Assembly: GCA_038087875.1 (NCBI GenBank)
Contig: CM075989.1
Span: 25,050,001-25,110,000 of the forward strand
Source of the DNA: Malacoraja senta
Lineage: Eukaryota
Length of the DNA stretch: 60,000 nt
Reading direction: 5' to 3'
Within the stretch, counting starts at the first letter, position 1; the number at the start of each line of letters is the position of its first letter. The notes below the pieces were generated by a model. It was not told the origin of the DNA and made no database searches. It was given only the letters and a program-made list of their open reading frames with translations. Shown here one piece after another: positions 37,032 to 50,029 of the stretch. The position numbers and the translations under genes were made by a program.

Positions 37032-38253
37032 GTCTATGAAGAGGATCCTCTTCATAGACTTCAGCTCTGCTTTTAATGCAATCATTCCGCAGCAGCTGGT
37101 GGAGAAGTTGGAGCTATTGGGGGTTGATGCTGGCACATGTAACTGGGTCCTGAACTTTCTATCGCAACGGCAGCAGACAGTCAGGGTGGGCAGTAGGACA
37201 TCAAAAACCATAGCCGTGAGCACTGGCTCGCCCCAAGGCTGTGTCCTAAGCCCCCTGCTGTTTAGTCTGCTAACACACGACTGTACTGCTAGACTCAACA
37301 ACAACTTCATCAACAAGTTCGCTGATGACACAACAGTGGTGGGTCTCATCAGTGACAATGATGAGTCGGCGTACAGGATGGAGGTGGAGCTGCTCACAGG
37401 ATGGTGCAAATCCCACAACCTCATTCTCAACGTGGGAAAAACTAAGGAGATGGTGGTTGACTTCAGGAGGGCGGGAAAACAACACCATACACCTCTGCAC
37501 ATCGATGGAGCTGATGTGGAAAGGGTCAACAGCGTGAAGTTCCTAGGACTCCACCTGTCAGATGACCTGACGTCCACGACCAACACCACTGGTCAAGAGA
37601 GCCCAGCAGCGACTACACCCTCTCCGAAGACTACGTAAAGCAGGTCTCCCCACCACACACCTACGAACTTTTTATAGGGGGACAATCGAGAGCACATTAA
37701 CCTACGGCATCACTTCTTGGTTCGGGAGCTGCAAGGCATACGAACGGCACCAACTAGACAGGATTGTGAAGACCGCCAGCAGGATTATTGGTGCTCCACT
37801 CCCTTTCCTGCTGGACATATACAGGAAGAGATGTATCAGCAGAGCCATCTCCATCATCAAAGACCCCTACCACCCATCGCATCACATATTCTCCATCCTG
37901 CCATCTGGGAAGAGGTACCGGAGCATTAGGTGCAAAACCAGCAGGATGCTCCTCAGCTTCTTCCCGCAGGTTATAAGACTGATAAACGGACTTTGTCCCC
38001 TGCCAAAGTATCGTGCACCAACCACCAACCTGGACACACTGCAGCAGAGCCACTGTCGTGCCGCTGCCGATCGGAACGCCTGTTGATGTTTAGTAGAGTA
38101 GTGTTAATTTGTTCATGATATATGTATTTTTACTTCTATTTATTTTTTACTGCACACTGAAATGGACACTGGTTGAGGAACGTTTTTTTGTTTCCTCTGG
38201 GTATGCGAATACTCAGGAAATGACAATAAAGATATACAATACAATACAATACA
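37032..38253 (+). mobile_element. Second, divergent Rex1/Babar-type LINE, 5'-truncated in RT, with (TACAA)n tail
   Basis: [41 protein letters not shown] near 38225; TSD ACAATGAA at 37024-37031 and 38254-38261. Confidence 0.9.
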
Positions 38254-39129
38254 ACAATGAAAACATTGAAAAAAATAGAAAAGGTAACTTAGCAAAAAGT
38301 ACAGAAAAAGTAAAAGCCTCTACAGATGTAATAAAAATAGATCAGCAAAGATATCAGTGCCTTTGAAGCTGAGAGAGGAAGAGGTGTCAAGTGGTATAAG
38401 GACATTGTTAAAAAGTTAATTAAATATTTTGTATTTGTTTTCACCTTAAAGTGAATCGAGTAAAAAATATACGGGGGCTCTCAAAAGGCATTATCATAAG
38501 TTCACAAGTGATAGGAGCCGAATAAGGCCATTTGGCCCATCAAGTCCACTCTGCCATTCAATCATGGCTGATCTATCTCTCCCTCGGAACACCATTCTCC
38601 TGCCTTCTCCCCATAACCCCTGCATTCTATAAGGGTGGTCACTGGAGGAGATTCTGTGAGACAGGATATCTCTGTATTAGCGAAGGCAAGGGACTGATTG
38701 TCCAGGTACAGGAACAGCTTCTTCCCTACAGCCATCAGGCTATTAAACACTACAACCTCAAATAAGCTCTGCACCACATAGACTATTATTATTATTATTG
38801 CACTACTGTTTGTTTTTTGTGTGTACGTATGTGTGCGTGTGTGTGTGTATGTATGTATATATATGTGCGTGTACTTGCGAGTTTGTGTATATATACACAC
38901 TGAACATTTTTTTCTCTCTCGTTTATTACAGTGTACTATGTTTCCATATTGTGTAGTGCTGCAGCAAGTAAGAATGTCATTGTTGTGTCTGGGACACTCT
39001 TGACTGTCGTGGGTAGTCAGCATGCCTCTGTGCGTGTGTGAGCCATCACGTCTCATGAATTGATTTGATATTTTTAACCACCATGACACGTTATGTTTTG
39101 AGATTGTAAACAATTAAATAAAGGGTGAA

Positions 39130-39135
39130 TTTATT
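39130..39135 (-). terminator. Candidate LINS1 polyadenylation signal AATAAA
   Basis: TTTATT on the + strand, about 115 nt downstream of the LINS1 stop. Confidence 0.55.
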
Positions 39136-39250
39136 AATTTGCTACCAAAAATAGATAAAACACAAACACAATGCAATATGGTACAAATATTACAGAACCT
39201 TTTGACAAGCGTGCAGTTTCATGATATAAAAGGCACGTTTTTTGCAGGGA

Positions 39251-40109
39251 TTAAAGACTGTTGCCTGAATCATCTGTGATATTTCCTTCATTGATGGTAA
39301 TGCTGGGCTTGCATTGGTTGCATGTCTCAATATCCAACAGCAGTTTTAGCAGCGGCGTTGCATTGTATGGAAACAGACCCCTTCCCTGCAATCGCCCAAT
39401 GGTTTTCCTCAACTCACGCAAACAGCCCATGAATTTCTTCAACATTCCTTCCAAGGATAATTCCATTTCTGGATTCTTTTCACAACTATATGTATTTATA
39501 TTTTTGATATTCCCCATTGTTTGTGCTTTCTGCTGCACTATCTTATCAGCTGTTCCTGTGTTACTCACTTCAATATCACCTTTACTGCCAATATTCAAGC
39601 AGGTGGTCTCCCCGTCATCACTATCAGAGTTGTCCGAGGTGTTGTAATCCACCAGCCTCAGTAACTGGGTCATTTTACTGTTCACCACGAGGTCAGGGTC
39701 ACAGCTAGAGCCAGGCTCTTCCTTGGGTGGAGAAGGCCATGGTATTTGAGGGCTCACAAATGTGTTTCTTGAACCTTCGCCAAGAGTTTCACTGTCTCGC
39801 TCGATCTCAGCAGTGAAAACATGGTTCTTGCAAACTTCGTTATCAGGTGGTGGACAAAATGGTTCTGAGGAAGCATCAAACTGAGCACAAATGCAACAGA
39901 AGGACTGCCAGTCCTTCCGGAGTAGACGCAAATATTTCACCAAGTACTCGAGGAAACAAGTTTCAGAGGAAATCAGAAAATCCAGCAAGACATGATGATC
40001 AAATGCTAAACTCTTCAACAACAGCAGGAAGATACAATGTGGATTGAACCATTGTCCATGGGCTTCTTGAGAGGTTGCTGCATTTTCCTGGGCATGGGTT
40101 TCCAAAAAT
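39251..40109 (-). CDS. LINS1: LINS1 last coding exon (FNPHCIFL...VLLDFLISSETCFLEYLVKYL...LFPYNATPLLKLL)
   Basis: Lines N- and C-terminal signature motifs; TAA at 39251-39253. Confidence 0.95.
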
Positions 40110-40919
40110 CTGGAGAGAGAAAAGGGATATGAAATCCTTCAAATAAATTACTGCATAGTTCAAACTTTCCAATCATATTTCAGTTATCAAAATATGATAA
40201 ACATCAGTGATTGGAATCGTGGTCTGAATGGTGGAACATTGGTGGTCCACAATAGTGGAGTATAGATCATTTGGGTTTAGTTCCGATTTTCTGAATAGCT
40301 GGCGAGATGATACTGCATTATTAAAAGCACTGTCACTAACTCAGAAATAAAAATAGCAAATGCTCAGCAGGTCAGGATAGGCTGATGGAAATTGCACCAG
40401 TCAATCTGTCACATGTGGCTGAAGGGTTGGAAAGCCTGCACCAGGTGAACTCCATCCTGTCTAAGAAGAGAAGGAGAGAGTGCAGCGGTGCAAGCAGGGG
40501 GTTTGGCAATTCTGGTAGACGAAGACCTGCGTGGATAGTCTCATCACTGGACCAACATGACAAGTCAAACTTTATTTGTCATATACAAGATGTACAGTGA
40601 AATGAAAGTGGCAATGCCTACGGGATAATGCAAAACAACAGAACAGAACAGAACCAGTATTTACATTTTTAAAAAAAGACACAGCAGTAAGACGGGGACA
40701 AAGGAAATGGGAGATGGAATGGATCCTTGTAGGAGTAAGGTTGGGAGGAAGTATAATTAAGATAGTTGTGCGTTTGTAGGTTGTAATGGATGTTTGTGGC
40801 TAATGTGTTCCTTGAAAGGAAGAATAAACCACTTTCACAAACTCAGAGCTTCATAGTGCAGAGTTGCAAAGGAATTGCTGCCCTATCTATGAAAATAAAT
40901 TGTCCATGACCAGCACACA

Positions 40920-41580
40920 GCATGCAAGTACAGCAGGCAGTGAAGCTAATGGCATGTTGCCCTTCATCACAAGAGGAGTTGAGTATAGGAGCAAAGAGGT
41001 CCTTCTGCAGTTGTACAGACCACACCTGAAGTATTGTGTGAAGTTTTGGTCTCCAAATTTGAGGAAGGACATTCTTGCTATTGAGGGAGTGCAGCGTAGG
41101 TTCACCAGGTTAATTCATGGGATGGCGGGACTGACATATGATGAAAGAATGGGTCGACTGGGCTTGTATTCACTGGAATTTAGAAGGATGAGAGGGGATC
41201 TTATAGAAAGATATAAAATTCTTTAAGGATTGGACAGGCTAGATGCAGGAAAAATGTTCTTGATGTTGGGGGAGTCCAGAACCCGAGGTCACAGTTTAAG
41301 AATAAGGGGTAGGCCATTTAGGACTGAGATGAGGAAAAAACTTCTTCACCCAGTTAGTTGTAAATCTGTGGAATTCTCTGCCACAGAAGGCCACTTGACT
41401 GGATGTTTTCAAGAGAGAGTTAGATTTAGCTCTTAGGGCTAAAGGAATCAAGGGATATGGGGAAAAAGCAGGAACCAGGGTACTGATTAGGGATGATCAG
41501 CTATGATCATATTGAATGGCGGTGCTGGCTCGAATGGCCGAATGGCCTACTCCTGCACCTATTTTTCCATGTTTCTATGA
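40920..41580 (+). mobile_element. CR1 3' fragment. Other CR1 remnants at about 9080-9920, 15369-15472, 28520-28710, 34760-35430, 36150-36405, 42750-43170, 49810-49990, 50690-51335, 52075-52485
   Basis: RPHLxYCVxFWSP and LGLYSLEFRR motifs plus the CR1 3' UTR. Confidence 0.85.
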
Positions 41581-42080
41581 GAGAATTTCATATTGAATAT
41601 ATGGGCAAGTAAATTGTCCAAAACTAGGGCACCAAACAATGATTTGGGTTGGGCTGGAAGGGAAACATGTATGGATTACTGCTGCTCCTTTTTCTTAGCT
41701 TTTGAATTCATTAGTAGAGAAGCACGTGGACTTGGCTAAAGTAATTGGGCAACTGCAATAAGAGAATAATGACGGATGATGGTAAACATTTACAAACAGA
41801 CATGTTTTCATAATATGGTTGTCACTAACATGACTGGTATTTAATGTCAAAGTCAAAGCCTCCCCATATGTGCAGCTTGACACTTCCTCTGGCGATGGAC
41901 CCATTCTGCAGTTAGTTACAGTGAACACAACATCCAAGCAGCATGTCCATGGGTGTCTGACATTCCGCAGCAGACGGACATCTGGCTCAATACACCAACA
42001 CAACTTTCAGTCAATGAGGGGAATAATAAACTGATAACTTTTGAGTTTGCAGTGCGGTTAACACAAGAGGAGATACCAAC

Positions 42081-42273
42081 CCTCGGCAGTGTGTATAGAT
42101 GGTTAGTAGTGCACTGGCAACCTCTACTAGATCATCATCCTGCTCCACAAAGACAAAGGAAACCCAGGCACATGGATGAGGCAGTTGCTGGAACTGTGCA
42201 CAGCCCTGGAGATGCATCTTCAGAAACAGCATCAGCTGAGACAGACAGGACTGGAGTTCATTCTTCAGGCAGC
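42081..42273 (-). CDS. LINS1: LINS1 coding exon 5 (...HPCAWVSFVFVEQDDDLVEVASALLTIY...)
   Basis: 193 bp, phase 1 to 2; conserved FxEQDDD motif. Confidence 0.9.
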
Positions 42274-43876
42274 CTGGAAACATCAAGGTACACTTACTAC
42301 TACTTCAAAGCTTGCCATGTTACATTACAGTGATCTGTAAAATAAATGCAGTGCTTCTTGGGCGACTATACTAAATTAAAGAATGAAGAAGGCAAGATGA
42401 TCCATAGTTGTAAGGATTTGAGTATCTGGTTTCAACCTTTGTACATCAATATAATACACTGCAGTTGCAGGTATGTCAGACAAACTTTTACAGTTTAGAG
42501 TTTAGACAGATACAGCGCAGAAACAGGCCCTTTGGCCCACCGAGTCTGTGCCAACCAGCGATCCCCGCACACTAACACTATCCTACACACGCTAGGGACA
42601 ATTTTACCGAAGCCAATTACCCTACAACCTGTACATCTTTGGAGTGTGGGAGGAAACTGGAGCACCCAGAGAAAACCCACGCAGGTCACGGGGAGAAGGT
42701 ACAACCCTTGGTCTCAGGCACTGTAAGGCAGCAACTCTACCACTGTGCCACCCCTACTTCACGGGTTGATACTTGGGACAAAGGTGTTATTATATGAAGA
42801 AAGGTTGAATTGGCTAGAATTATACCCAATGAAGTTTAGGAGAATGAGTGATGATTTCATTGAAACATTAAAGATTCTGATGGGCAATGGCAGCAGATAT
42901 GAAGAGCATAGTTACAGAATAATGAGTCGGTCATTTATAAATAAGATGACAAGAGAATTGTGAACCCTTGGACCTGTACCGTAGAGTTGTACAAAGACGG
43001 GGTTAATGAGTATTGCCATAATCATACAGACACATTTTTGGACCTTATGGGAAATCAAGGGTTATGGTGACCATGATATCAACGTGGAGGTCTAGATCAG
43101 GATCAGGTGTTGAGTGTGCAGAAGGTTTCAAGGGACAAGTAGCCAACTCCTGCTTCTCATATTCTTAGAGATATCAACTCTCTTGTTAATCATTTGTTCT
43201 CCGTTTATTCTGCAACTTTCCATGGTATGCAGTTTCTCATCCTTCCTTCCAAAGTAATTTCCCAAAACATGCACACTAATTTGCCATTTACTATTTGGAG
43301 GATGCATCTCAGAGCTCTGCACAGTTACAACAACTGCCTCATCAGTGTTGTTCATTGTTTGTTAACAGCAAACCGGTATTCTATTCACAAAGCTTACATC
43401 AGATAAACTAAAGAGGACAGTTGACCTGCCCATAAGTGCACTATTTCCAAACTCATTAATCCAATCACAATCTAACCCGTTGTTTAAAGCCAAATCAATT
43501 TCCTGCTAACCCTCTGATCCAGGCATCATTCTGGTAAACCTCCTCTGCACCCTCTCCAAAGCCTCCACATCTCTCCTGTAATGGGGCAACCAGAACTGCA
43601 CGCAATATTCCAATATTTAAGCTATTAAATTTGATTTACTGCACTAATACCTGTAGTGACTGCTGATTGTTTGCTGTAGCAGTGTGAAGTCTAACTCAGT
43701 GATTTAAAATAATTTCCCCTATTGCAACTCTCTCAAGTTTCCTGAAGCCTTCATATTATCTCTAAATCACAATGACTTTTTTTCATTTATTCTGTAATAA
43801 TGTCAGACATCAACACACAGCAAATGATATACTTAAAGTTTCCAAGTAATTTAAAGAATAAGAAGTCATTTATTAC

Positions 43877-44491
43877 CTTTATCTTTCACTGCATCCATTG
43901 TATTCTTCAGATTAATTTCCATGGCTTTGATTAATATAAGGCTTACAGTCCTCAACATTACCATGTCTGGACCAGGAGTATTATTTTCTACATCGAGTAT
44001 CTCACTGCCTCCAAAGAGACATGGCCTGGGATTCACAGGAATCCGCTTTAACCATCCCAAACTCACAGCCTGTAGCAACGTGAATGATACCTCCAGTAAG
44101 TCACCGTGTAAGTGGCTATCTTGCTGAGAACCTGCACGGCAGGGATTGCAGGCATCATCACTTGCCTGGCCAAGCATACACATTTTAAGCAGCAAAATCA
44201 GCTTCTTCTTAATGAAGTATTGAGCAGAGGAAGTGACAAAATCAAGTACTAGTGGGGTATGCAGATATAATGTCTTTAGGCAAGACAGGTTTAGTTCCAG
44301 ATGGTTTCGAATCCCAACCATAACTTCAAGCAAATGTACAACAGCAAGCTGGCTGATTGTGGCGACACTCACATCATCAGGTTGTGTAAAATCTCCACTT
44401 GTTTGGCTGCCACCAGAACATGAGGAAAAGGTGAAGAGATACAGGTTATGGAGCGCTGTATCCATCGGGATGAGAAGCTCCTGTAAAGTAC
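43877..44491 (-). CDS. LINS1: LINS1 coding exon 4 (GTLQELLIPMDTAL...FIKKKLILLLKMC...GPDMVMLRTVSLILIKAMEI...)
   Basis: 615 bp, phase 1 to 1; matches the central Lines region. Confidence 0.9.
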
Positions 44492-45956
44492 CTAGGAGAT
44501 TGAAAACATTTCAGAGACTATAGTGAAGACCGTGCATTGCCACTGTGTACAGTCAGCATGCACACAGCAGATGTTGGAAGGGGGGAGACACACCAACATT
44601 GAGATACAAATACAGACATGGAGTTGAACAATCCATGGAGCAGTAAATGGAAAATACAAAGGGAAAATGGGGTAATGATTAAGGGGATTTTGGGTTTCTG
44701 ACTAGCTGCTCAGATATTCAGGGTCTCCAGAGAAAAAGGTCCTTTTCTGGGATAAAAATAATTTGCTGGAGGAACTCAATGGCCAAGTAACACCTGTGGA
44801 GGTAAAGGGATGATTAACGTTTCGGATTGAGAACCTATATCACGATCTGATGGAGAGGCTCGACTCATTAACTTCCTTCAACAACATGTGTTTTGCTCCA
44901 TATTCCAGCTTCTGCACCTCCTGTTGGTCTCCACTGCTCTGAGCTGCCAGTTCTCTATTTGGTCATTATTTCTTTGCAATACTTACCAATAGTAAAGTAA
45001 TAAAACTACTTCAACGTGATAAGGATCTTTTTACGCACAAGATTAACTCACAATTACAAAAACAATGGAATTGCTGCTATAAATTAAATTTAGAAACTTG
45101 TTGTTCTGATCTGATTTTAATGTTTCCACAATCCCTATACTAACACTTTAATAGTAGGCTTTCATTCATCCATTTTCTCTTTTAGAATCAAAAGCCATCA
45201 TTTTTCAATTCAGTGAAAAACCCCATTAAACTGGAGGAGTAGGCCATTGTCCTTTGAGCCTGTTCTATCATTCAACACACTCATACCTGTTCATCCATAT
45301 CAGTAGTATCTGCACTTGCTTGCGTCTCCTCTCCTCTCCACACCTTCCACCCTCCCCCTCCATCCACCCTCACCATCCTCCCTCCCTTTCCCCCCTCATC
45401 CCTTGGAATCCACGGAACTGTCACGTGGGAGCATCCTCACCAAAGATGCTGCCTGTCCCGCTGAGTTACTCCAGCTTTTTGTGCCTATCCTCACCAGAAG
45501 GACGACTGTGGTTCTACATGACTCGTCATCACCTTCTCAAGGACAACGAGGATTGCTGACATCCTACAAATAAATAAAAATGATCTACAATGGAATATAA
45601 AGTACTGTGGCACAAGAGACTGCAGATGCTAGAATCATGAGCAAAAAATCAAACTACCAGGAGTCTGAAGAAGGGTCTCGACCCAAAACGTCGTCTTTTT
45701 CCTTCGCTCCATAGATGCTACCTCACCCACTGAGTTTCTCCAGCATTTTTGTCTACAGAGGATCTCAGCAGGTCAGGCAGCATCTGTCAGAATTGTCTGT
45801 CTGAAAGAGGACCTCAAGGTGAAACGTCATCTGACTAATCCCTTCACAGATGCTGCCTGACCTGCTGAATTCCTACGGCAGCTGGTTTTGTTTGGTAAAC
45901 ATAACACATGTAATTTACTGGGTTGATTTTGGGTATTGCCACAAGGATTTACTAAC

Positions 45957-46098
45957 CTGTCGTGTCCTGAGATTTTCCCTTCAAGATGTCTTTGACTATC
46001 ACTGTAATAGTTTGGACCCAATGAGCTGATTGCTGACTTCCAGGCTCTTTGGACAGAATGTCCAGGCAGCTGTTCATCCAACTATCAATGGGCAGCTT
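45957..46098 (-). CDS. LINS1: LINS1 coding exon 3 (KLPIDSWMNSCLDILSKEPGSQQSAHWVQTITVIVKDILKGKSQDTT)
   Basis: 142 bp, phase 0 to 1; TTTTAG acceptor (NAGNAG) and GTTAGT donor. Confidence 0.85.
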
Positions 46099-46725
46099 CT
46101 AAAAGTATTACAAATGAATCATATTGTTAATATTTACCAGCATAATAAACCTAAACCTAAACAGCATGGTGGACACATACTCAGGCTGCATTGTTGCACC
46201 GTGCCTACTTAATTTAAGATAGCGAAAGATGGGCCTGCCTATGTTGCCATGTAATGTTCCATTCTGATGGACCTTGCTGCTCCACCTAGCCCTACATTAA
46301 AAAACCTCCTGCTGTAACATCCCTTACACCACAAATCCACCAGACAATGGTCTGTCATCTAGTCTGTGGTGTAATATCCCTTAGGGTCGAGACCACTTCT
46401 TCAGTTCAACAAAACACTCGGAAACTATACATAGAAACTGAAGTCAGCATTTCAGATCATAAATTATTAAAGTAATGACAATATAATACATAATATTTAA
46501 AAGTAGTGTTCAGTCTGAAACGTTGCCTATTCTTTCGCTCCATAGATGCTGCCTTAACCGCTGAGTTTCTCCAACATTTTTTGTCTACCTTCAATTTTTC
46601 CAGCATCTGCAGTTCTTTCTTAATCATGTATATCAAGGTGTTGTGCAATTCAAGCAGAGCAACACCACATCAACCATGTCTTATAGCAAAATGCTCCTGT
46701 CATTATAAACTCTGTTTGTACTCAC

Positions 46726-46815
46726 CGTAAATAAAATCTGAACCAGAATCAAAGATGCGATACATTTCATTGCCATATGAGACAACAACTTATCTTGGCA
46801 GCCAAACAAGAGAGC
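46726..46815 (-). CDS. LINS1: LINS1 coding exon 2 (ALLFGCQDKLLSHMAMKCIASLILVQILFT)
   Basis: 90 bp, TAG acceptor and GTGAG donor; DKLLSHMA motif. Confidence 0.9.
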
Positions 46816-47431
46816 CTAGGGAAAGAATATATCAGGTATCATTTAGATTATTCCAAGAATGCAATAATAAAAAAATGTGCAAATCTATAGAATAATTCAC
46901 TTTCTACATTATTTTGACACTTTTTCTGTTTTCATTCTTGATTAATTCTTAATTCATAGCTTAATTAATTTTCAACGGAATTATCTTTTCATTTAAAATC
47001 TCTCATGCTTCTATGATCCTTAACTGGGCCCAATCTTGCAAGGATTTAGATTGATGATTGTAAATAAAATAAACGGAGCAGCTTTTTAATAAAGGACAAA
47101 CTTCCGGCATATGATAGTGAAGAGAGACACAAAAAGCGGGACAGGCAACATCTCTGGAGAGAAGGAATGGGTGACGTTTTTGAGTCGAGACCCTTCTTCA
47201 GGTTCACAAAACACTCAGAAACTATACATAGAAACTGGTCAGCATTTGAGATCATAAATTATTCAAGTAGTTACAATATAATACATAATATTTAAAAGTA
47301 CTGTATTCAGCTCTGGCCTCCATACTACAAGGAGAAAGTGCAGGAAGATTTATAAGCAGAATTGAGATGGTGTAGCTATCTACAAAGACTGAACAGCCTG
47401 TCACCCTTAAGAAAAGGTATCAAGGTATCAA

Positions 47432-47927
47432 TGGCCGGCTTCGGAGCTGCAGTGGCGTTCCGGCGGTGGCGACCTGAGTCCGGAGGCTCGGCCGCGGGCC
47501 CGGTGGACGACATCGTCAGGAGCTCGCAGGTCACAGGTGGGTGACCTGTTTTTCTGGAGCTCCCGCAACTACAGCTGCGTCCGCTGGACTGGAGGGCGGC
47601 AACTTCGGCCATCCCGGGCCGCGGAGTTTGAACCGGCCCGTCGCGGACGGAGCACGGATTCAGCCGCGGGACTGACTTGCCATCACCCGGCGGGGTCACA
47701 GCGTCAGAAGCCTGGATCGCCTCAGCGCAGAGGGAGAACAAAGAGGGAAGAGACAGAGACTTTAAGACTTTTGCCTCCATCACAGTGAGGAGGTGCCTGG
47801 TGAACTCACTGTGGTGGATGTTAATTTGTGTTTATTGTGTGTTTTGTTATTTATTATATGTATGACTGCAGGCAACGAAATTTCGTTCAGACCGAAAGGT
47901 CTGAATGAATCTAAGTCTAAGTCTAAG
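47432..47927 (+). mobile_element. 5'-truncated copy of the 22271-23108 element, in a LINS1 intron
   Basis: High identity to 22579-23080; (TCTAAG)n tail. Confidence 0.8.
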
Positions 47928-48222
47928 TATAATGCACTGGAAATATTTAAGATCAAGGTGTTTTATGATAGCTGTAGAGATATTGGCAAATCCAAAATTA
48001 GGGGCAGTGAATATAAGAAAGTAACCTATGAGTTCAGGAGAAATGCTGCCTTTTATTTATGGTGCTTAGAAAATCAAACAAGATGTGATGAAGGTTGAAA
48101 TAGCATTTAAGGAGAAACTAGTCACAGGATAAAGGAGCATTATTGTAATTAATTTGACCGAAAGCCTTGTTTCTGTGCCACAAAGAGAAAGAGATCAATA
48201 TTAAGTATCGATCAACACTCAC

Positions 48223-48609
48223 CAATTTAGGTATAATTTCCATATCTTCTAATAGTATTGTAATGGTCTTCAAATACGTTTCTCTGACATCTTCTCTTGG
48301 TATCTCAGAATACAGCTTGGAACTCAGCAGGTGAATCATGTTCATTTGAAGCAACAACATTTCATTCTGACCTTCAGTTGTTGATGAATGGTGATCTAGT
48401 GGCGTGCCATGACTGTCTACAGACACTGAGTCCCCATGGAAATTATATACCTGGTTACTTTTCTTCATTTCTATGGAAAAGATGGAGTCTTTTTCACACA
48501 CATCAGGATAAAGGAACACTGCTAGTTCATGACTGCTTTTACCGGGCTTCACTCCAGCCAACATCTCACTGTAGAATTGACGGAGGTATATCAGGCATTT
48601 CTCCATCAT
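48223..48609 (-). CDS. LINS1: Lines homolog 1, first coding exon (MMEKCLIYLRQFYSEMLAG...ILLEDMEIIPKL)
   Basis: 387 bp ending at a GTGAGT donor; resembles the LINS1 N-terminus; its acceptor falls in the N-gap. Six exons splice in frame to 2286 nt (761 aa). Confidence 0.85.
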
Positions 48610-48614
48610 TCTTT

Positions 48615-48814
48615 NNNNNNNNNNNNNNNNNNNNNNNNNNNNNNNNNNNNNNNNNNNNNNNNNNNNNNNNNNNNNNNNNNNNNNNNNNNNNNNNNNNNNN
48701 NNNNNNNNNNNNNNNNNNNNNNNNNNNNNNNNNNNNNNNNNNNNNNNNNNNNNNNNNNNNNNNNNNNNNNNNNNNNNNNNNNNNNNNNNNNNNNNNNNNN
48801 NNNNNNNNNNNNNN
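48615..48814. other. Assembly gap (200 N) in LINS1 intron 1
   Basis: Run of N bases. Confidence 1.
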
Positions 48815-49229
48815 TCTCCCTCCCCCTCACCTCATCCTCTCCCCGCCTCACGGTCGCGCGCACTCACCTTCCGCCGCCGCTCTCCCCGGAACAGCGCATG
48901 CGCGGCCCTGGCCGGGTGGCGCATGCGCAGGGCAGACGGGGCGGGTGGCGCATGCGCGGTGGGCCTGTCATGGCTCCGCAGCAACAGGTTGCCCAGGATA
49001 TCGCTGTAGCGCCCGCCCGTCGCCGCCCGCCCGCCCGCTAGGGCACAGCCCAGGCCTCGCCTCGCCTCGCCAGCACACCACAACCTAGTCTAGGCCAGGC
49101 CAGGCCTCGCCTCCCGCTGCCAGCCGCGCCGCGCTGGACCAGGGCCGGGCGAGGAGCGGCGCCGGTGCGGACTGTGGACATGGTGCGGGGCGGCGCGGCG
49201 CGGCGGGGAGGCCGGCCTACTGCAGGAAT
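48815..49229. promoter_or_regulatory. CpG-island bidirectional promoter shared by LINS1 (-) and ASB7 (+), with non-coding first exons
   Basis: Three GCGCATGCGC motifs (48894-48903, 48919-48928, 48948-48957) and a GC box near 48938. Minus-strand donor AAG|GTGAGT (exon ends 48868); plus-strand donor AAT|GTGAGT (exon ends 49229). Confidence 0.85.
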
Positions 49230-50029
49230 GTGAGTGTGGGGGTGGAGGCTCTGTCTGGGTATGTGTCTGTCTGGGTGTGTGTCCGTGTCTGTGGGTGTGT
49301 GTGTGTGTGCCTGAGTGTGTGTCCGTGTCTGTGGGTGTGTGTGTGTGTGTGCCTGAGTGTGTGTCCGTGTCTGTGGGTGTGTCTGGGTGTGTTTCTGTGG
49401 GTGTGCGTGTGTGGGTGGCAGGGGGTGTCCCGCTCATCCGCCGCAGCGTGGAGAGGGGGGCAGCCGCACCTGGGAGGCCTTGTCCCAGTCCATGTCCCCC
49501 TGCCTTACCTCCCCCCTACCCCCACCCCCACCCTACCCCCCCACACCCCCCACCCCCCTGTCCTTCACCCTCACCCCTGGCCCTTCTCTAACCATTGCTG
49601 TCAGACTCAGACAATGTTCCCTTCACTCTTTTTTAAATCAACCCCATGTTCCTGTTTGAGTGCAAGGTTATCTTCAGAATCAGTGATAAAATAACTAATT
49701 TTGAATAATCAGGTAAAGCTGCACTTTCAAACAAAAATAAGGCTGGTACTGGTATCCATGACCAGTGGAGTACATCATGAGAATCAATCTGGAACCTTTT
49801 ACTGCTATCTGCATTAATGCTATGGTTGTGAATGTAGGCAGTATGATTAGTAAACTTGCAGATAAGTGTGATGATAGGGAAGTTTTGGGCTGCAGTATTT
49901 TGATGATCAATTAGTAAGATGGGCAGAGCAATGACAAATGGAATTTAATTCTGATAAGTTATGCATTTGGGGGGTAAAATATGTTAAGATTACACCATGA
50001 ATGGTAGGGTTTTATGTTTAAATTAAAAT

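Noticed and set aside
48297..49088. ORFs spanning 48.3-49.1 kb
   Set aside because: Artefacts of reading through the N gap.
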